From a virus (lineage: Duplodnaviria; Caudoviricetes), in IMG/VR virus record IMGVR_UViG_3300032327_000957, positions 1 to 51,280 of that record: a stretch of 51,280 nt of DNA; one strand, written 5' to 3'. The position numbers were made by a program, and so were the translations under genes. Below, piece by piece: positions 9,135 through 19,247 of this stretch. Within the stretch, counting starts at the first letter, position 1; each line of letters starts with the position of its first letter. The notes below the pieces were generated by a model, which searched no databases, was not told the DNA's origin, and saw only the letters and a program-made list of their open reading frames with translations.

Positions 9135-11978
9135 ATGAGATTTATTAAAAAAATAGAGGAATATAAGCTTCAATTAATAAATGAAGCTTTTGCTATAAGC
9201 AAAAAAAACATTGACTCATTAATTGAAACATATTATGATAAATATAATTCATTTAGCGGGGAAATTATAACGATAGTTAATAAATATATTTTTAAAAATA
9301 TGTTGGAAAGTTCTTTAATAAAGAAATACACTATAAATGGAGTTTTAGATAAAGAAGGATTTAACCAAGAACTTAAGAAAATAGTTGATTCAACAAGTTC
9401 TGAGAATATCGCAGAAAATATAAAAACTGCTTCTAAAGAAATGGTTAATAAATCTATAAATGAGTTTATTTATAATAATATATTAAAAATACTTACTATT
9501 AGAAAAAGAAAGGATGAAGTATTAAGTGATATTGATTCTATAACAACAAATATTTTAGCTCCTTTTTTTATTAAGTTTTATCTTACTGAAAATATCTCAA
9601 AAGATGAATTACAATCATTTTTTGATTCATTAAAAACATTAGATTATAAATCAGACTATTTTAGATTTTTAGATTTTAATAAGTTTAAGAATGTATCATA
9701 TAAATTATTTAAAGAGTTATATGATTTTTTAATTTTAAGAGTTAAAGGAGATGGAGATAAAAATGATAACTATGATTTCAAAACTAAAAGTGGTAGTATA
9801 CTATCTTATTCATTAATAGATTATATAGGAAAAGAAACTAAAGAAAATTGTCCTTCTTGGTGGCCTTTTGAGTCTTCTGCACCTTTTAAGCCAGCACCAA
9901 AGGAATATAATTTATCAGATTTTGTAATTAATATTTTAAATAAATCTAATTTATTTAAAGATTCTAATAATTTAACAGATGAGGATATGCATCATCTAAC
10001 TGAAATAATAGGAGATAAATTAACAGAACTAAGTCCTTTAATTAAAATAGCTAAATTTGTTAAACTAATTCCTGTATTTATAAATAAAAATAAAGCTAAT
10101 GGGGTAGAAGGGGAAGAAGTTAATTTAAAATCTTTATTTTTTAATTTAAAAAATAAAGATTTACAAAATCAAACATCACAAGTAGCAGAAACAAATTATA
10201 GAAAAGGTAATTCCGAAAAAAGTAAAGATATAACTAGAAAAGCTCTTAGACATAGAAATATAGAAAAAATTTTAGAAGATTCTGAAGATGTACTTGGATC
10301 TATTGTACCTACTACGCCAGATACCACTTTAGAAGAAATTGATGATATTAATAGAAAATTTGGAAAAAAACAAGGAGTTGAAATTTTATGGCAAGATGAA
10401 GATAAATTAATAACTCAAGTTAATTCTTATGATGCTAATTATATTCTAAATGGAGCAGGAACTAAATATCCGGATCAAAAAAGATCTGACCACTGTATAG
10501 CTTGGCCTAATGGGAAAGGATATTGGGATAGTTATGTTGGATCAGATGGACCTGCTAGTGGAAGGGAATATAGATTACAATTTTATATTTATGATTTCAC
10601 TCGTGAAGCGAGAAAAAGTAATAAATGGACTATTGGTATTAGTTTAGGATTATCAAAAAAACTTGTATCAGGAGGATGTCAAGATTCTAAAAATGGTTAT
10701 ATTAGTGATAATGAATTAAAAAATTTCTTTAAACAAGAGGATATACCTTTTTTTGAAGTTTTAGATAAAGTAGATCCAAATGATGAGGGTACTAAATATG
10801 AGGGCATGACTTTATTTGAAAAGCATGTGGCTATTAAACAAAAACAAATAGAAACTAATTTAAAAATTAAATCTGGTAATCTTACTATTGAAGAAATTGA
10901 AGAAGTTTTAGCAGAAGGAGCTGATATTAATGCTTATGGTGGGGTTTTAATAAGAAAATCTATTAATGATTTTGAAAGAGTTAAATATTTAATAACAAAA
11001 GGAGCCTCTATTCAATATTTATTTGATGATGTAGATAATATTATTAAAGCTAGAAACTTTGAATTATTAAAGTTTTTAATTAATAATGGACTTGATCTTA
11101 GTAACTATAGAATATCAGCTGATGTAGTTAAAGACTATGATATATTTAAAATAATAACGGATAGTTGGAAACAAGATTTTACTTCAGAAAATATATCTGA
11201 TGATATATTTAATAATATTACAGATATAAGAATACTATTTTTACTTTATAATAAAGGTTATGATTTTAAAAAAGCGATTGGAGTAGATACTCCAGGAAAG
11301 TTAAGAACTACTAAATTTATTGATAATAATCAAGATAATTATCCTGTAATTAAATTTTTATTTGATAAAGTCCTTCCAAAATATTCGTCTAATAATCCTT
11401 ATAATATATTTCCAATTAATATAGATGTTTATCATTTATTTATTTTAAATGGATATCCTATAAATTATCAAGATTCTACTTGTTTATTTAATTTTACAAA
11501 AATATATTCAAATTATAAAGATAATAACAAATATAAAGATAATTTGGATAATATATTAAATTCATTTATTACTGAAGAAATTATATACAAAGAAAGTTGC
11601 ACAACATGTGATGGGTACGGCGTAGTAAAACAAAATAAATGCTCTACTTGTGAAGGAACAGGGTTATCTGATAAATTAAATAAATATAAATCATACTTAG
11701 ATAAAAATGGCAATTTATTTATTTCTAGTCCTTATAGTAAGTTGCTACATGATCCTCAATTTTCTGAAAAGTTTTTTAATGTATTAGTTAAACTAAAAAC
11801 AATTGGTGTAAATATTGATATTGACTTATTTGAAGAATATATAGATATATTAGATGAAGATGATATTCTTAAAAAGAAAGATATATTAAGAAAAGTATTT
11901 AGTCTTTATTCTGATGATCTAAAAGATAAAAATTATTCAGATTTATTATCACAATTACAGAAATTAGGACTTGTCTAA
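9135..11978 (+). CDS. Large protein with ankyrin-like repeats and DnaJ-type zinc finger
   Basis: 947 aa; LAEGADINA, YLITKGASI, FLINNGLDL, LYNKGYDF repeats; CTTCDGYG...CSTCEGTG. Confidence 0.65.
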   Translation: MRFIKKIEEYKLQLINEAFAISKKNIDSLIETYYDKYNSFSGEIITIVNKYIFKNMLESSLIKKYTINGVLDKEGFNQELKKIVDSTSSENIAENIKTASKEMVNKSINEFIYNNILKILTIRKRKDEVLSDIDSITTNILAPFFIKFYLTENISKDELQSFFDSLKTLDYKSDYFRFLDFNKFKNVSYKLFKELYDFLILRVKGDGDKNDNYDFKTKSGSILSYSLIDYIGKETKENCPSWWPFESSAPFKPAPKEYNLSDFVINILNKSNLFKDSNNLTDEDMHHLTEIIGDKLTELSPLIKIAKFVKLIPVFINKNKANGVEGEEVNLKSLFFNLKNKDLQNQTSQVAETNYRKGNSEKSKDITRKALRHRNIEKILEDSEDVLGSIVPTTPDTTLEEIDDINRKFGKKQGVEILWQDEDKLITQVNSYDANYILNGAGTKYPDQKRSDHCIAWPNGKGYWDSYVGSDGPASGREYRLQFYIYDFTREARKSNKWTIGISLGLSKKLVSGGCQDSKNGYISDNELKNFFKQEDIPFFEVLDKVDPNDEGTKYEGMTLFEKHVAIKQKQIETNLKIKSGNLTIEEIEEVLAEGADINAYGGVLIRKSINDFERVKYLITKGASIQYLFDDVDNIIKARNFELLKFLINNGLDLSNYRISADVVKDYDIFKIITDSWKQDFTSENISDDIFNNITDIRILFLLYNKGYDFKKAIGVDTPGKLRTTKFIDNNQDNYPVIKFLFDKVLPKYSSNNPYNIFPINIDVYHLFILNGYPINYQDSTCLFNFTKIYSNYKDNNKYKDNLDNILNSFITEEIIYKESCTTCDGYGVVKQNKCSTCEGTGLSDKLNKYKSYLDKNGNLFISSPYSKLLHDPQFSEKFFNVLVKLKTIGVNIDIDLFEEYIDILDEDDILKKKDILRKVFSLYSDDLKDKNYSDLLSQLQKLGLV

Positions 11979-12015
11979 AATAAAATAACCTCTTTTTAAG
12001 AGGTTATTTTATTTT
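11977..12015. terminator. Bidirectional terminator
   Basis: AAAATAAAATAACCTCTT-TTT-AAGAGGTTATTTTATTTT. Confidence 0.75.
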
Positions 12016-12951
12016 TAGATATATTGTTATTTCATTATTTATAGCTTCAACTCTATATAGAAAATTAGTAGACCATTTATAATTTTTAAACCAATTTTTA
12101 AACTCTTCTTTAAACTTAACTAAATAATCACTATCTACAATACCATCTGACCATTTACCATGAGATTTATACTTAACCAAAAAATGATTATTATCAAACT
12201 TAATATCAGGATCCTTACCTAAAAACTTTTCTATATCTTTTTTTAATTTAGAAAATAATAGAATGTGGTCATATGTAAAATGAATTAAATGCTTTTTGAA
12301 ATTTAAAAATGATAATGAATCTAATGTTAATAACCAATCAAAATTGGACTTAGTAACCTTAAATACACCTAAGTTTTTATTGGTCTCTGAAATTATACCA
12401 TACTCAAAATTCATGTCTGTATTAAGCCCGTAATACAAATGACACTCATTTTTAGTATAATCTAATTTATCTGATATATGTTCTAATGATTTAAAACGAC
12501 TATTAATAACCGATTTTAGTATAATACTATCAATATTTTCATAATGAATATAAAATAAATAGTTTTTCGGACATTTATTCCAATTAACTTCAATTTCTTT
12601 TAATCCAAGTGATGTAATTAATTTTAAAAATGATTTAAATATGTTTTTACCTCCCACAGCAACTTCTGAAATTATTTGTTCTGATATTTTAACAAGACCT
12701 GATACTTCAGTATCTTTTTCATCTTCACCTTTTGATTTAACTTTTAAGATTCTATCCAATAATTGGTTAGCTTCAAAATGGTCTAAGGTATTTATAGCAT
12801 TTGCTAATCTTATATCTGTATCTTTATTATCTAAATAATTAGATACTAACATTAGTAAGTATTCATCATCGCCTACTAAATCTTCTATGTATTCTCCAAT
12901 AGAATTATATTTTTGATTTTCTTTAAATAGTGAAAATTTTCTTAATATCAT
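12004..12951 (-). CDS. Hypothetical protein (leader-motif family)
   Basis: 315 aa, starts MILRKFSLFKENQ. Confidence 0.6.
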   Translation of the reverse strand: MILRKFSLFKENQKYNSIGEYIEDLVGDDEYLLMLVSNYLDNKDTDIRLANAINTLDHFEANQLLDRILKVKSKGEDEKDTEVSGLVKISEQIISEVAVGGKNIFKSFLKLITSLGLKEIEVNWNKCPKNYLFYIHYENIDSIILKSVINSRFKSLEHISDKLDYTKNECHLYYGLNTDMNFEYGIISETNKNLGVFKVTKSNFDWLLTLDSLSFLNFKKHLIHFTYDHILLFSKLKKDIEKFLGKDPDIKFDNNHFLVKYKSHGKWSDGIVDSDYLVKFKEEFKNWFKNYKWSTNFLYRVEAINNEITIYLKIK

Positions 12952-12955
12952 GAAT

Positions 12956-13378
12956 CTATATATTAATTATTTTTTCTAGCTTTTTATCTCTAATAAAGAT
13001 ACCGACCTTCGGATCTAATTCTATTATTTGATCAACCATATTTTGACATTCTTTAATACAATATTCTTTTGTTCTATACATAGAATGATACATAGGATAT
13101 GTAGGTGTAAAATCATGGCTATGAGCGCAGTCAAAACCAAAAACATCATAATCATCCCAAACTCCGGTATAAGTTATTCCACCATGAACATCAATAATGT
13201 CTGTATTATCTATTTTGACACCTACATAAGTAGGTATTTTACAATACCCACAAAGAGCACCTACTAAATTTCTTTTTAGAACACAAGGTATGTCTCTATA
13301 AACAAACTCCATTAAATCTCCTTCATTTTTTATTACTTTTTGAATCTCTACTGCTTCTTTAAGATTTGTTATTAACAT
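12956..13378 (-). CDS. Conserved phage hypothetical protein
   Basis: LCGY...DVHGGITY...FGFDCAH pattern; C-terminal RDKKLEKII. Confidence 0.65.
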   Translation of the reverse strand: MLITNLKEAVEIQKVIKNEGDLMEFVYRDIPCVLKRNLVGALCGYCKIPTYVGVKIDNTDIIDVHGGITYTGVWDDYDVFGFDCAHSHDFTPTYPMYHSMYRTKEYCIKECQNMVDQIIELDPKVGIFIRDKKLEKIINI

Positions 13379-13425
13379 GTTACGTTTTTTATTTAATATA
13401 TAAATGTATAAAAAAATTAATTAAT

Positions 13426-13746
13426 ATGGAAAAAATTAATTCTTGGAAAAAATTTAACGAAAACCAAACTGCTAATGATATTAAAAATATGTTTGCTTCT
13501 TTTGGACAATCATCAGAATTAGGAAAGATTAGTAAAATTATACAGCTTTTAATTCAAAAAAGAGATAGCGAAGTTTATTCTTGGGGTAATCAAAAAACAA
13601 TAGATGGTATAAAAAAATATATTAACCAAATACCAAAAGAAAAATTAGAAATTCTAAGTAAAAAAAGTAGTTCTGAAATTCAGAAAATTTTTCAAAACTC
13701 TTTACAAGATTTATACAACTATCTTGATAAAGAAGGTTGTTTTTAA
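13426..13746 (+). CDS. Hypothetical protein (leader-motif family)
   Basis: Start moved to ATG 13426 (MEKINSWKKFNE), downstream of TAATATATA at 13394. Confidence 0.55.
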   Translation: MEKINSWKKFNENQTANDIKNMFASFGQSSELGKISKIIQLLIQKRDSEVYSWGNQKTIDGIKKYINQIPKEKLEILSKKSSSEIQKIFQNSLQDLYNYLDKEGCF

Positions 13747-14144
13747 AAAACTTTAATTAGCTTAAAAACGAATTGAAATTTATTCAATACATTTGGATTA
13801 TATGATATATAATCTTCATTCCAACCTTCTAATAAAGACCATTCTTCATTAGAAATATTTTTTACAGGATAAGATGATTTAATAACAAAGCATAGCAGTT
13901 TCTCTACTATGCCTGTTTTTGTAAATACCACATAAGTTCCACTACTATATTTTTCATTTCTTGTAGTGGCGGTTCTAAGTCCTGCTTTAATTGCGTCAAA
14001 AGTTGTATAGATATTTCTATCTAACAACTCTTGACGAAAATATCCTATACTATTTTGACCAAAAGTAATTTTTCCATGTTCATAGTTCATGGATAATTCT
14101 ATGGCATTGGAGTAAGGATTGTAGCCTTCATCCCAAGGAAACAT
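13743..14144 (-). CDS. Hypothetical protein, possibly ASCH/PUA-like
   Basis: 133 aa; AIKAGLRTATTR resembles the ASCH GxKxxTxR motif. Confidence 0.4.
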   Translation of the reverse strand: MFPWDEGYNPYSNAIELSMNYEHGKITFGQNSIGYFRQELLDRNIYTTFDAIKAGLRTATTRNEKYSSGTYVVFTKTGIVEKLLCFVIKSSYPVKNISNEEWSLLEGWNEDYISYNPNVLNKFQFVFKLIKVF

Positions 14145-14146
14145 AA

Positions 14147-14353
14147 TTAGGATCTTTTTTCTTTTACATACTTCTTTTTCTCTTTTGGAGTTTCATCAGT
14201 ATCTACTTTTGCTAATTTTTCAGCTTTGTTAATGTCTCTTACAAATTTTTTCCACTCAGATTTTGGAGCAAAATTCCATCCTGATTTTACTTTTACATCT
14301 GCTTCTAAATCTTCTACTCTTTGGTAAACTTCGTTTTTTACGATTGTTTTCAT
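14147..14353 (-). CDS. Small hypothetical protein
   Basis: 68 aa, co-oriented in greA operon. Confidence 0.5.
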   Translation of the reverse strand: MKTIVKNEVYQRVEDLEADVKVKSGWNFAPKSEWKKFVRDINKAEKLAKVDTDETPKEKKKYVKEKRS

Positions 14354-14370
14354 GTTATCTATTTTTGTTT

Positions 14371-14847
14371 TTAATTAATTACGTTTATGTCTAAAATTTC
14401 TAAATCCATTTTTCCAATAGGCACATCTATTGTAGCGATATCTCCTACGATTTTACCAATAAGTCCTTTTCCAATTGGTGAATTAAAAGATATTTTACCT
14501 TCTTTTATATTTACTTCATTTTCAGGAACTATAGAAAATGTTTGTTCTTTTTTAATCTTTTGATTAAAAACTCTTACTCGTGTAAGTAATTGAACAGATG
14601 AATTATCTACATTATCAGAACTTATGATAATACATTTTGCTATTTTTTGTTCTAATTCAATAATCTTTTTATTTAGATTATCTATATTTTCTTTTGCGGA
14701 TTCAAACTCCGCGTTTTCTGATATATCTCCTTTATCTCTAGCTTCCATCATCATTTGGGCAGCTTCTCTAAGATCTATACCTTTTAACTTCTTTAATTCA
14801 GTTTGCATACTATGGAAGCCTTCCTTAGTTACTAGTAATTTACTCAT
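14371..14847 (-). CDS. greA: Transcription elongation factor GreA
   Basis: EARDKGDISENAEF acidic tip; ISFNSPIGKGLIGK C-domain. Confidence 0.96.
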   Translation of the reverse strand: MSKLLVTKEGFHSMQTELKKLKGIDLREAAQMMMEARDKGDISENAEFESAKENIDNLNKKIIELEQKIAKCIIISSDNVDNSSVQLLTRVRVFNQKIKKEQTFSIVPENEVNIKEGKISFNSPIGKGLIGKIVGDIATIDVPIGKMDLEILDINVIN

Positions 14848-14984
14848 TTTTTAATTTAATTTTGTGTTAATATATAATAAATCTTTAAAATGTTTTTAAT
14901 TAATACATTTTTTATTTTTTACCATTTTTTTCATATACAAATATAATAAAAATTTTTAAAATAAAAAAAATTAATATATATGTT

Positions 14985-15827
14985 ATGAAACATATTAAAA
15001 CTTACGAAAATTTTAATCTTAACGAAACAATTCATCCAACAAAAGCTTATACTGATTTAGAATCACTAGGAACAATTTTAAATAATAAAAGAAAAATATG
15101 TAGTATAATTAAAAATGAAGATTTATTAAAAGTAGCTAAATATTGTAATTTAGAAATTATAGAAGTTCCTAAAGAAGACGGTAATACTGAATCTTGTATT
15201 ATATACACAAAGGATAATGAAAAAAATGCTAAAGAATTAGAAAAGATAGCATTAAAATATGGGGGTTATTATGCTTGGTATGCAACAGATGAAGATATTC
15301 ATAGAATCGGAACTTTATTAGAATATGATGAACCAGAAATTCAAAAATATTTAAAATCAATTAGAAAGAAAAAGAAAGAAGAAGGTATTGAAAACACCGA
15401 AAAATCTGCTCAAGAATATTCAGAAAAAATTAGAAAACATAAAAAAGAAAATAATATTAAATCTATTACGGAATATTTTATTAAAACTTACGAAAATTTC
15501 AATGATAATGATAATATCAACTCTTCTAATACTACACCAATTGACCCTGTATTAAAATCTCAAGTAACCAAATATGTAGAAGAACAATTAGGAAGCCAAA
15601 ATTTTCACGAAATATTTGATATTATAGGAATTGATATGCCTCAAACATTAGAAGGCGAAGAATTTGAAGAAAAAATGGACTTAGCTAAAGAAAAAGCTAT
15701 TGACTATTTTATGAGAAATCCCGAAAGAATGCAAATAGATACTCCAACAGAATTTAGAACCTTTAATGTTGGTAGAGATAATCCTATACCTACCACAAAT
15801 AATATAGGCGGTGTTATAAGAAACTAA
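14985..15827 (+). CDS. Hypothetical protein with duplicated leader motif
   Basis: 280 aa; IKTYENFN occurs at N-terminus and again 162 codons later. Confidence 0.65.
   Translation: MKHIKTYENFNLNETIHPTKAYTDLESLGTILNNKRKICSIIKNEDLLKVAKYCNLEIIEVPKEDGNTESCIIYTKDNEKNAKELEKIALKYGGYYAWYATDEDIHRIGTLLEYDEPEIQKYLKSIRKKKKEEGIENTEKSAQEYSEKIRKHKKENNIKSITEYFIKTYENFNDNDNINSSNTTPIDPVLKSQVTKYVEEQLGSQNFHEIFDIIGIDMPQTLEGEEFEEKMDLAKEKAIDYFMRNPERMQIDTPTEFRTFNVGRDNPIPTTNNIGGVIRN
14993..15499 (+). repeat. Exact 21-nt direct repeat pair TATTAAAACTTACGAAAATTT
   Basis: Copies at 14993-15013 and 15479-15499, 486 nt apart (in frame). Confidence 0.85.
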
Positions 15828-15853
15828 AAAATGTTCCCTAAAGGAACATTTTT
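15826..15853. terminator. Bidirectional terminator
   Basis: AAAAATGTTCC-CTAAA-GGAACATTTTT. Confidence 0.75.
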
Positions 15854-16896
15854 AAAGAAGATAATGATTTACTTAAGATATATTCGATATCTTCAATTTG
15901 CTCATAACGAATACGAATTAAATCAATATAATTATTTTCACAATAATCGTTTTTAATATTATCATTTATTTTTGTTTTTTTAAATGCTTCTTCACCACCA
16001 AAATATGACAATGCTTTATAATGTTGAATTCCATCAAATTCTATACAAATTCTTAATGAAGGTATATAAAAATCAAATGGTAAACAAAATATATTTTTAC
16101 AATCTTCAAATTTTTTTTGTCTTTCAAAGACAATATTATTTTCAGTTAAAAATTTATTAATCTTTTTCTCTCCTTTTGATTCATTGCATAGAGAACATCC
16201 ATTACCTTGTAAATGTGAATTCGGAATTTGACTAAAATCTCCATGTATAGGACAAGTTATTATTATCTTAGTTTTAGTATTTATGTAATTAGACTTATCA
16301 TATATAAATTTATTATCATGAATTATATTAGATTCTAATATGAATTTTTTAGTTGAATTAACTCTATTTAATCCTTCTGGATGGCATATTAAATGAGATT
16401 CTGGAGATTGTTCAAACATCTCATTAGTTTTATTAAAAATAATTTTTACTTTTTCTTTACAGTTTTTATATTCCACTAAAGAGTAATCAAATTCATCTTT
16501 CCAAATTTTTTTTGCTTTATGAATAAAGTATTCTTGGTTCATATTTAACTCAGGTGCATAATTTAAATGAGAATTTGCTATTTGTTCAAATACTATTCCT
16601 TCATATTTTATTTTTATTTTTTTTAAAGCTCCTTTATAATTAGTTAATGAATAGTCGTACTTATTCCCCCATTTAATTTTTGCTTCTTTTATAAATTCTT
16701 CTGATGTTTTTAATGGTGTATTTTTTTCTGGACATCTTCCTAATAAAATATGTTTTACTACTTTTTGTTTATATAATACATTATTATATAATATTTCTAT
16801 AGTATCATTTGATAATATTTTATCTTTCAAATTTAAATACTCATATTTATAACCATGCATTTCATGCGCTCTATCTAAAAATTCTTGCTTTGTCAT
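15838..16896 (-). CDS. Putative homing endonuclease: repeated DUF723-like units plus C-terminal Vsr/PD-(D/E)XK-like nuclease
   Basis: Four FIxxAxxxxxxxYDYS-type repeats, CPIHG zinc motif, LPFDFYIP...IEFDGIQHY. Confidence 0.75.
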   Translation of the reverse strand: MTKQEFLDRAHEMHGYKYEYLNLKDKILSNDTIEILYNNVLYKQKVVKHILLGRCPEKNTPLKTSEEFIKEAKIKWGNKYDYSLTNYKGALKKIKIKYEGIVFEQIANSHLNYAPELNMNQEYFIHKAKKIWKDEFDYSLVEYKNCKEKVKIIFNKTNEMFEQSPESHLICHPEGLNRVNSTKKFILESNIIHDNKFIYDKSNYINTKTKIIITCPIHGDFSQIPNSHLQGNGCSLCNESKGEKKINKFLTENNIVFERQKKFEDCKNIFCLPFDFYIPSLRICIEFDGIQHYKALSYFGGEEAFKKTKINDNIKNDYCENNYIDLIRIRYEQIEDIEYILSKSLSSLKMFL

Positions 16897-17019
16897 TTTT
16901 TATTTTTATATATTATATATTTAATACCCCCTTTTAATAATTCTTTTAATAAAAAATAAAATAATTTGAAAGGGAGCAATAAAAAAATTATATATACTTT
17001 ATAAAAATAATTATTAAAA

Positions 17020-18237
17020 ATGGCAAAAGCAGCAAAAGAAGTTAAAAAATTTGAGTTTAGTAAAATTGGAACTGTATTAGATAATATAGGAAAAACTATT
17101 CCTATTCAAATTGAGAAAGAAATTAAAGAAAGAAAATTTTTATCAACAGGTGTTTATTTATTAGATGCTTGTTTATCCGGAAAACTATTAGGAGGTGGTA
17201 TATCAACAAATCGTATAAGTTGCGTAGCAGGTGAAAGCGGAGCAGGTAAGTCATTTATTTGCTATTCTGTTGCAAAGAATGCTCAAAAATCTGGATATTC
17301 AGTAATTTATATTGATACCGAGCAAAGTATAGATTTACAAGATTTACCTAATTATGGAATTGATAATTCGTTAGAAAAGTTTAGGTTAGTTCGTTCTAAT
17401 AAAGTAGAAGATGTTAATATGTTATTAACTCAACTATTAGATGAACTTAAAGATCAAAAATTAGCAGGATTTGAATTACCAAAATTATTAATCGTTATTG
17501 ATTCGTTAGGTCAAATGGCTTCTAATAAAGAAAAAGAAGACTTATTGGCTGGTAATATTAAACAAGATATGACCAAAGCAAAAGCATTAGGATCTATGTT
17601 TAGAAGTATTAATACAGATTTAGGATTTTTAGATATACCACTTTTAGTTGCTAACCAAACATACCAAACAATGGATTTATTCAGTCAAGAAAAATTACGA
17701 GGTGGGAATGGTCTTTTATATTCTGCTTCAGTTATAGGAATGATGTCAAAATCAAAATTAAAGGACTCTAATGTTGATGAAATGGATTTAGGAGCATCAG
17801 GAATAAGTGTTTTATTTAAATGTATTAAAAACCGTTTAGCAAAACCTAAAAAAATTCGCTTTGATATATCATTTGTAAATGGTATGAACCCTTATACAGG
17901 TTTAGAAGCTTTTTGTCGTCCTGAATATTTCAATCAAATAGGAATTGCACAAGGTAAATCGGAAGTTGATAAAAAAACAGGAGAATTTACATTTACTCCT
18001 GGAGGAACTCGTTGGTATGTAAGACATTTAGATAAATCTTTTACTTTACAAAAACTATTCAATTCTGATGTTTTTACATCAGATATATTAAATAAAATGG
18101 AACCTATTGTAAATGAATATTTTAGATTTAAATCTTTGGATGAATTGGATGAAGTTAATAAAAAATTTGAAGAAATAATTGAGGATGATGAAAGAGATGC
18201 AGATGATTTGAATGCAGAAGATTTATTTGGTGAATAA
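17020..18237 (+). CDS. uvsX: RecA-like recombinase (T4 UvsX type)
   Basis: STG motif, Walker A GESGAGKS, YIDTEQ, Walker B IVIDSLG, VANQ, RGGNGLLYSAS. Confidence 0.92.
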   Translation: MAKAAKEVKKFEFSKIGTVLDNIGKTIPIQIEKEIKERKFLSTGVYLLDACLSGKLLGGGISTNRISCVAGESGAGKSFICYSVAKNAQKSGYSVIYIDTEQSIDLQDLPNYGIDNSLEKFRLVRSNKVEDVNMLLTQLLDELKDQKLAGFELPKLLIVIDSLGQMASNKEKEDLLAGNIKQDMTKAKALGSMFRSINTDLGFLDIPLLVANQTYQTMDLFSQEKLRGGNGLLYSASVIGMMSKSKLKDSNVDEMDLGASGISVLFKCIKNRLAKPKKIRFDISFVNGMNPYTGLEAFCRPEYFNQIGIAQGKSEVDKKTGEFTFTPGGTRWYVRHLDKSFTLQKLFNSDVFTSDILNKMEPIVNEYFRFKSLDELDEVNKKFEEIIEDDERDADDLNAEDLFGE

Positions 18238-18256
18238 ATCTTTTTAGATAAAAAAG

Positions 18257-18289
18257 AAAAAAGTTGATTTTTTTAAATCAACTTTTTTT
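18257..18289 (+). terminator. Hairpin/terminator after uvsX
   Basis: AAAAAAGTTGATTT-TTTT-AAATCAACTTTTTT. Confidence 0.55.
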
Positions 18290-18291
18290 AT

Positions 18292-18299
18292 TATATTTG
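18292..18299 (+). promoter_or_regulatory. Bacteroidota sigma-A -7 element upstream of infC
   Basis: TATATTTG matches TAnnTTTG; no clean -33 TTTG. Confidence 0.55.
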
Positions 18300-18328
18300 C
18301 TATATAAAAAAACAAAAATTAAAAAAAA

Positions 18329-18844
18329 TTGGCAAAAAAAACTAGAAAACACAAAATTAACGGAGAAGTTAGATTTGATAGAGTTCGTCTTGTTAAAGAT
18401 GGAATACAAACAATCGTATCATCTTATGAAGCTTTTAAAATGGCAGAAGCAGAAGGATTGGATTTAATTCTTATTTCAGAAACTGCTAATCCACCTGTTG
18501 TTAGAATAGAAGATTATCAAAAATTTCTATATGATATAGAAAAAGCTGAGAAAGAAAAAAAGAAAAATTCAACTAAGACTGAGATGAAAGAAATTCAACT
18601 TAGTCCAAATATTGCTGAAAATGATTTATTAACTAAAGCAAAAAAAGCCAAAGAATTTTTAGAAGAACACGATAAAGTTAAATGTGTAATTACCCTAAAA
18701 GGTAGACAAAGAACTATGCCTGCTGCCGGTGAATTGGTAATGTTAAAATTTGCTGAAACATTAAGTGAGTATGGACTTCCTGAAACCCTTCCAAAAATGG
18801 AAGGTAATAAATGGTTAATGATTCTTAAACCAAAAAAGAAATAA
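18329..18844 (+). CDS. infC: Translation initiation factor IF-3 (TTG start)
   Basis: INGEVRFDRVRLV, AEAEGLDLILI...PPVVRIEDYQKF, KEIQLSPNI...KVKC..KGR. Confidence 0.93.
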   Translation: MAKKTRKHKINGEVRFDRVRLVKDGIQTIVSSYEAFKMAEAEGLDLILISETANPPVVRIEDYQKFLYDIEKAEKEKKKNSTKTEMKEIQLSPNIAENDLLTKAKKAKEFLEEHDKVKCVITLKGRQRTMPAAGELVMLKFAETLSEYGLPETLPKMEGNKWLMILKPKKK

Positions 18845-19203
18845 TGGAAAGATTTAGAGAACGTATAGAATTATATACTACTTTTATCTTAGAAAAGAAA
18901 GTTTCTGATATTCCTTACTATACCAAAATGATTTATGAAAATCATAGAATAATTAAATTGTTAGAAAGTCATTTAATGACCCCTGAGATTTTTTCAAAAT
19001 ATAAACATAATTATAAATGGGATATTAGTCTTTATTTAAAAAATGTTATTTGGTGTTGTGATTATTGTTTAAAAGAATTTTCATCAGAAAGACCAGATAG
19101 AACTTGGGATGTAGAATATTGTCCTGAGTGTGATAATGTTCTAACTTATAGAACAGGTGGTGGTCAAGGAGATCCATTTAATTATACTTTTAAGTTTAAG
19201 TAA
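18844..19203 (+). CDS. Zinc-ribbon hypothetical protein
   Basis: CDYC...CPEC; start overlaps infC stop. Confidence 0.55.
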   Translation: MERFRERIELYTTFILEKKVSDIPYYTKMIYENHRIIKLLESHLMTPEIFSKYKHNYKWDISLYLKNVIWCCDYCLKEFSSERPDRTWDVEYCPECDNVLTYRTGGGQGDPFNYTFKFK

Positions 19204-19247
19204 ACTTTTTCTATAATTATTCTATATTAAAAAAGAAATATATTTAT

